The notes under the pieces are model-generated. The model did not search any database, was not told the origin of the DNA, and saw nothing but the letters and a program-made list of their open reading frames with translations. The position numbers were made by a program, and so were the translations under genes. Shown in pieces: positions 59,801-60,825 of a stretch of 60,825 nt of DNA. Positions within the stretch are counted from its first letter, which is position 1. Each line of letters opens with the position of its first letter. The stretch covers positions 1-60,825 of IMG/VR virus record IMGVR_UViG_3300016469_000245. One strand, given 5' to 3'. Source of the stretch: a virus (Duplodnaviria; Caudoviricetes).

Positions 59801-60182
59801 TGTTGGCTTCCGCCTGCTTGCGGAAGCCTTCACTGACCTTGCTGTTCCACCACTCAGCGGACTCGCCAGCGCGCTCCTTCAGAGCGGCGCCAGCTTCTTG
59901 AAGGATGTTCGTTCCGTCCAGCGACAGCGCGTCACCGAGCCGCTCTGTGAGGAAGCCGACCGTCTGTCCCGTGCGCGCAGCGCCGGACATGAACGTCTTG
60001 CCGACATCGCCAGCATAGCGAACCGCGGAATCGAGCCAGCTCTCTTCCTCGTCAAACGCGACCGACGGCGTGAATCCATCCGGCGCCTTCTTCAGCATGT
60101 ACGGCTGCTCTTCCGGTTCGTCCGGATTGAAGAGCGGCTGGTATCCCTGCGGCGCCTTCCTGATGCGATACACGTCGGTCAT
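47817..60182 (-). CDS. Giant polyvalent internal virion protein (InPase-like, GGDEF-like, HDxxGH, GNAT-like, zincin-like and LPD38-like modules)
   Basis: 4121 aa; GNYRKG..ENP.GS..YGYI..DG..LDV..FDEHKVMLG; TGLPN/SGDEF/IDMDGLKRIND; FRVVHDYFGH; EEFQSDW; EEALGHFGL; IPKPFE..KPLVE..NRNFFTGQPIV..SP. Confidence 0.9.
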   Translation of the reverse strand: MTDVYRIRKAPQGYQPLFNPDEPEEQPYMLKKAPDGFTPSVAFDEEESWLDSAVRYAGDVGKTFMSGAARTGQTVGFLTERLGDALSLDGTNILQEAGAALKERAGESAEWWNSKVSEGFRKQAEANIIEKDESSPLGYSIGDDWTMTTIVAGAAASLNEMMLTAGAAKGAAILSTAALKRGAPQLMKEAAAGGVRANKILKRAQQIAGALGGGLTEGALAGGASGVAIEEDIMGRDHDDLMVKSDRYREIYNATEGEEDEEARQEYARRTLAREAANSVALNVGLATAGLGAPMGAFFGTLGRKVAASGAADTAVGKAVKEGALKLNERMGFAATVAKGAAGEAAQEFAQSGAEQVLQNLGIREYADFTQDPWEGVLNAAVTGGIVGGVLGAGTTAIFESGEAPGGVKPTGSKKPPSSGKAPKLETPPPKFAKPSEAMMQRVQKTLDEVQSAGVPASEFMKVARWAGRNQLDGAPGDRTVIEFNRALEILRDTGKAPEFIDAKVGEDIDGSGYLTQQAFVKDAAKFGFETSARFAAEPGKLDEVMGALAKAGATGYVMNDGSVVVPVRKQGESALQMVAQQVQGATGVAFTIGAPEESSNAVRFDAPTQAAGNQAAAPAAAVGEAAVGLEAAVPGTGRGSDAGTAGPGAQAVTPRAENVARQITESGLQPELVAARPSGAVEIAPDAPPDVAERAIEIAANDAATSPLNDFREPSDAEISSGNYRKGKVKLAGFKVSVENPAGSIRKSRPGAKSPWQRKMKNHYGYIPGTKSQDGEPLDVYLGRGANDPKKQVFVVQQLDPKTGEFDEHKVMLGFDSEGEAKNAYLSHFPKGWNGFGSIIAMTNEQAREWMKRGDTDVPINPFNREPMVLQRKFTTVDVPAGIDGAELASEVDGEFTGKAIRVPVASEGRVRRAIQKRQGVQRPEQEVLREELSELKTELNTSRVTGLPNKKAFDEAVRTGKGRGFFHRSGDEFAAIFDDGRIAAIDMDGLKRINDTLSHDAADAILRELGAFLQTVQTSGRPAEAVMQEVQDQLDKYEVHLTYRGNRAIYEGIGISYGIGDTYEDADRNAARQKQERLEAGVREDARNDPTRAPRRFRGPGEAADGPENPGRRSGERREGGQAAVRSGAFEIAPDPNDRELSDRFAALPEAERDQLTHELNALITPQIMGVLGIDPERYVQSFGGYLDQVNPSLSVEFAPEMSREETLRAAAAAGYVYAQDSVILIDKDAPEKVGAVTLEFDTEITRALATKVYQHLRENVGIEGFSNVDGKMLILDFSDGDIAALAERIENSLAMLDGDESVTVAHGQIGATFIGKQDYESTLRGAAGTTAEWEALGDLRRSAAAEIASRLGVERPAFSVAPAAPDEGAVRDAGRVRGSARDVPSADRPYPKSARGTDLEGLPSAQRVDGQKVFFHSFKKAQRVARAYMRDAGMAYNPPKQYVTVDPERSRRIAKAFDEMEHDPRNPVVRAAYDAMIAETAAQFRAIRKYHPEFKVQFIKYAETGDPYASTPRKAILDIVVNNHMWVFSTRDGFGTDATFDPEENPLLAETEFTTDDGEPMLANDLFRVVHDYFGHVMNGVGFRADGEENAWRSHAAMYSPAARMAMTAETRGQNSFVNFSDKVIRGDHPGAGMTVAEWNKGRSGADTYYADQKMGLLPDWVMEDTYEGEMPAFSIADNPKASEEQEASEALKDTMFEFGGVRFISRLRRVIRTNGPKSAPVDKWKRFFERMVAEGKISKEEATFANINEALDDIVRSNEVMKRGEEMVPVYADIASQIHEILNKDLTEYMRGTADFNMVFTGSDLSHIGNRASYLLGIAKEIHRLRNEASPREEGIERKVQESVERAEQAFESLSANIEPNTGSGAAYKALDPVWYLPEGADVLSKSAVLDAVKVPTISMIIRGSEALQRGERANAPEPLTEEQIEEKIGELMNSQAVIDRFEKQFEWRSNMEEIDREVEFKYPSRRNNLAAMSVDEAKAAYEVFIESGLNIAEFVGETESGTKEREETWESIKSKDVSEWTAEEADSVRQSVIDVVSHIADKWDDWARANDETPTDDSDLARALRDYLYEEGGKDLSRPSAEEIADHLIEEGLLVGRWTSHIDGSEYVVSDEDGDATSYDSEDEANRALVRARRRERETEEYIEQLRQWVIENEMDDDGGPSLIDETDPLEYHSYNTAGPFQGMQEWTFHWDARRNEFLDGHFRYNKNLVMHARTSTRDVFPVTEEGEASEPLDTFFIEEFQSDWSQAVDRVRSEFVRMLVNYMGMNTSKASKMVPEDIGLEAQEAKRKELLNMVESHIEQSKKDILKKVESVFVEDFGFDKELTEIAIAPAGIAPETVLKRVQSRFASTAEADSFMNENPSYYDVKNFVTSLFAHSTEYHESDTTFDYSFGKNEATFTTEAIAASKAGKKLVFDISEGFKDRSTHAVNVAFRIRYATAAIYMSGKVNRSRLEALDQVFNKLVNANKYRLTTELVEGAYAEAQAEFDALLADVPELTHVMDRDTWVLNSMIDDLNVDYMRRRGYDFEKGNAFQRLRNKADEERFGHISAMIIDAMAKTYDDRVRTKEAEDYFRDAKAKISSYKRPPLLNAWTDTSFKMFLAHAASKGFTHVAWTSGEIQGRRYRSALTAEYDSVVYRSTDPSVRAIFGQGVSNYPIAQHTVAAVPKYGNAQTFFFDSTGVSAQTIQTARHTMQAVLGKKMSEMLLSGEGIALARAKMEQQAADKNMSLQELTERSLEWRAEQGSYSQMPLNVPSVSISAEELGGSGGGMSQFYDREMVKIAEKFLKSVDPEAKVMNGVLHGQTEGNTGFRAEDGKAPVWVIPITDKVRQALDVDEMPAWSIASPSGKPFTVDQVRDHVADIASSWKAAPKVNVVKSAKDLPSRYSRWLASIGPDKSPRGFYADGQVWMIADALSSREEVESVLFEEALGHFGLRATLGREAFNKLRDDIFDSIKGTPRYKEIANRYKDVVAGLSPTERKRVLADEYLAQVSPNENPSVWKMLIAAVRQWLREHGFVKRWSDNDLIDLMYRVHDGIRTGVVPTSVTRLRQSLVRFGEDGKIETTYRGAAGQGSVFIEDGERLVSIPAAGLSARVATVPGDKGPALAVNEMLGKGPEAIRTLARFAAEEGVAELVFSPFAASQETLKRAGYAVEKAGDGLRIRLSDGWRKRQSGEAPAFSLRHRAEGDQEVERILAKTLEPTPHDLNLWGKMQHYFRMARDRFSIGETMLELKTGWIDSAAAIEELERGQYGGGLLDASQSAYKMVNLTRNLPQLVAAVARFGVPRYDNGSFVSQPGRMGLYDIFRPLHQTADGKNQVYLWEGYAIARRANQLIQQTNRDGTSKEKLLTQDEIDKLLELENQYPHFKSVFDNWQKFNAEMLDLAVDRGVMSREEADLWKQNDYVPFYRVMDEDDTSAGPGGARRHGGFSNQQYKSKRLTGSEKMIEPVTQNIVLNMAALLDRIYKNEAMQRIVALGESAGVLEAEPLKVEAIKFTNEDIAKALSKAGLVVGDDQDPRARKFNRLFWWTDMGVDPAAGYDKAIRVVEQMTDQQKEQWSTLFRRIRPIGNDVVSVSRGGRLEYYRVNDPLVLRAIMDMKSMDFGALVDAMQGAKNLLTNMVTLDPAFMAANWMRDTLSSFVTSSANFVPLSTAIQDARDIWTGDGLSRDLAIAGGVGETFYNPITDLRDVLGKVNPPDGSILVNSPRKLWETYRKIGFVSEQINRFAIARKVLADGGSMAEAAYQAQDIMNFAQRGDSIAAQFLIRTVPFLNARIQGLYRLYKGALGRDAEDPAEGRRRFWTKSIMLGMASMLVALANWDDERYEKLPDDQKDTYWHIFVGNSHFAIPKPFEVGVIAATIPERVVRALAGQDSGREFMASIRRALLDTFAFNPLPQAIKPLVEQWANRNFFTGQPIVDVNLAGLIPEEQANPWTSETARVLARIMPDFLPDGMRSPVRIEAAVRGYLGTIGSYILQGTDSAVAATGAFPAEPADRFPFLPDAPIARFVRPDPAVQSRNKYADDLYAALERADDLYRTVNMMLRTDRLAEAQALVGRRQSELEIRGVLGDFRDGLRSLNTRQRFVMVSDMTPEMKREAIDQINRERNELLEMARPYLKLAE

Positions 60183-60194
60183 TGTTCTTGTCCG

Positions 60195-60825
60195 TTACGA
60201 GAGAGGAACCCCGGTCTTGGCGAACTGATACGAGAGAGGAACCCCGGTCTTGGCGAACTGAGCCGCGCTCGCGGCTGATCCGGACATGCTCGGACGCGCC
60301 GCCTTTCCGCCGCCCATGATCTTCCGCATCACTTCCTTGAGCTGCTCGGGGTCCGTGATGCCGAAGTCCTCGCGAAGCGAGTATTCGATGTCGGCCGGCG
60401 CCATCTCGGAGAAGTTCGGGGAGCCCATGATCGCATTGATCGCGGTCGTTGGGTCGGCCTTCTTCTCGGTCTTCGCTTCCCCGCCGGCAGCGGCTTCGGG
60501 CTCGGTCTTCGGTAGCTCGATGTTGACCATCTCGCTCGCCTTGCTGAAATAGCTCTGGAACTTCTCGTCGGCCGCGACGATCTTGTCCTCGTAGCGCTGT
60601 GCGATCTGCGCTTGCGCGGCTTCAAGGCGCTCCGGGTTGAACTTCAAGGCTTCGTTCTTCGACAGCTCGGCGATCTCTTTCTGCATGGACGACACGAGCG
60701 AGTTCTTCTCGTTCGCTGCCGCCTGCATTCCGAGCTGGATCACGTTGAGCTGTCGTGCGGTCTCCGAGTCCTTGACCTGTTGCTCGCGCGCCGCAATGGT
60801 CGCTTCGAGCTGCGCGCGCTGCACA
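60195..60825 (-). CDS. 3' part of the junction-spanning virion protein
   Basis: In-frame continuation of 1..299 (combined 309 aa). Confidence 0.8.
   Translation of the reverse strand, partial: VQRAQLEATIAAREQQVKDSETARQLNVIQLGMQAAANEKNSLVSSMQKEIAELSKNEALKFNPERLEAAQAQIAQRYEDKIVAADEKFQSYFSKASEMVNIELPKTEPEAAAGGEAKTEKKADPTTAINAIMGSPNFSEMAPADIEYSLREDFGITDPEQLKEVMRKIMGGGKAARPSMSGSAASAAQFAKTGVPLSYQFAKTGVPLS
60196..60261. repeat. Perfect 33-bp tandem duplication
   Basis: TACGAGAGAGGAACCCCGGTCTTGGCGAACTGA twice (60196-60228, 60229-60261). Confidence 0.95.

Overview
The window looks like a complete, circularly permuted ~60.8 kb high-GC tailed phage genome of podovirus type. The gene cut at position 1 continues in frame at position 60825. 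A long leftward unit runs from ~33 kb down to 1 and wraps round to 47.8 kb. It carries small accessory genes, a tRNA-Gly(TCC), large terminase, portal, scaffold, N4-gp56-like major capsid, adaptor and nozzle proteins, four collagen-like fibre genes with an embedded 2OG-Fe(II) oxygenase, a lysis cassette, ejection-type proteins and a 4121-aa polyvalent protein. A rightward unit (33.3-47.5 kb) carries early genes, DUF932, a SleB-like hydrolase, a displaced small terminase, SSB, an SF2 helicase, a primase Zn-finger, RecT and a YqaJ-type exonuclease. I recognised no integrase or DNA polymerase. The strongest leads are: (1) a GGDEF-like domain with its motifs in swapped order, next to a pyrophosphatase-like domain inside the giant protein, whose modules are separated by a repeated P-A-[FW]-S-[VIL] linker; (2) nearly charge-free Gly-Pro-Pro/Thr collagen fibres co-encoded with a prolyl-hydroxylase-like enzyme; (3) repeated covarying RNA hairpins and a recurring TGATACGCGC junction/operator motif in the early region. 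All family calls come from motif recognition by eye, not from database searches.
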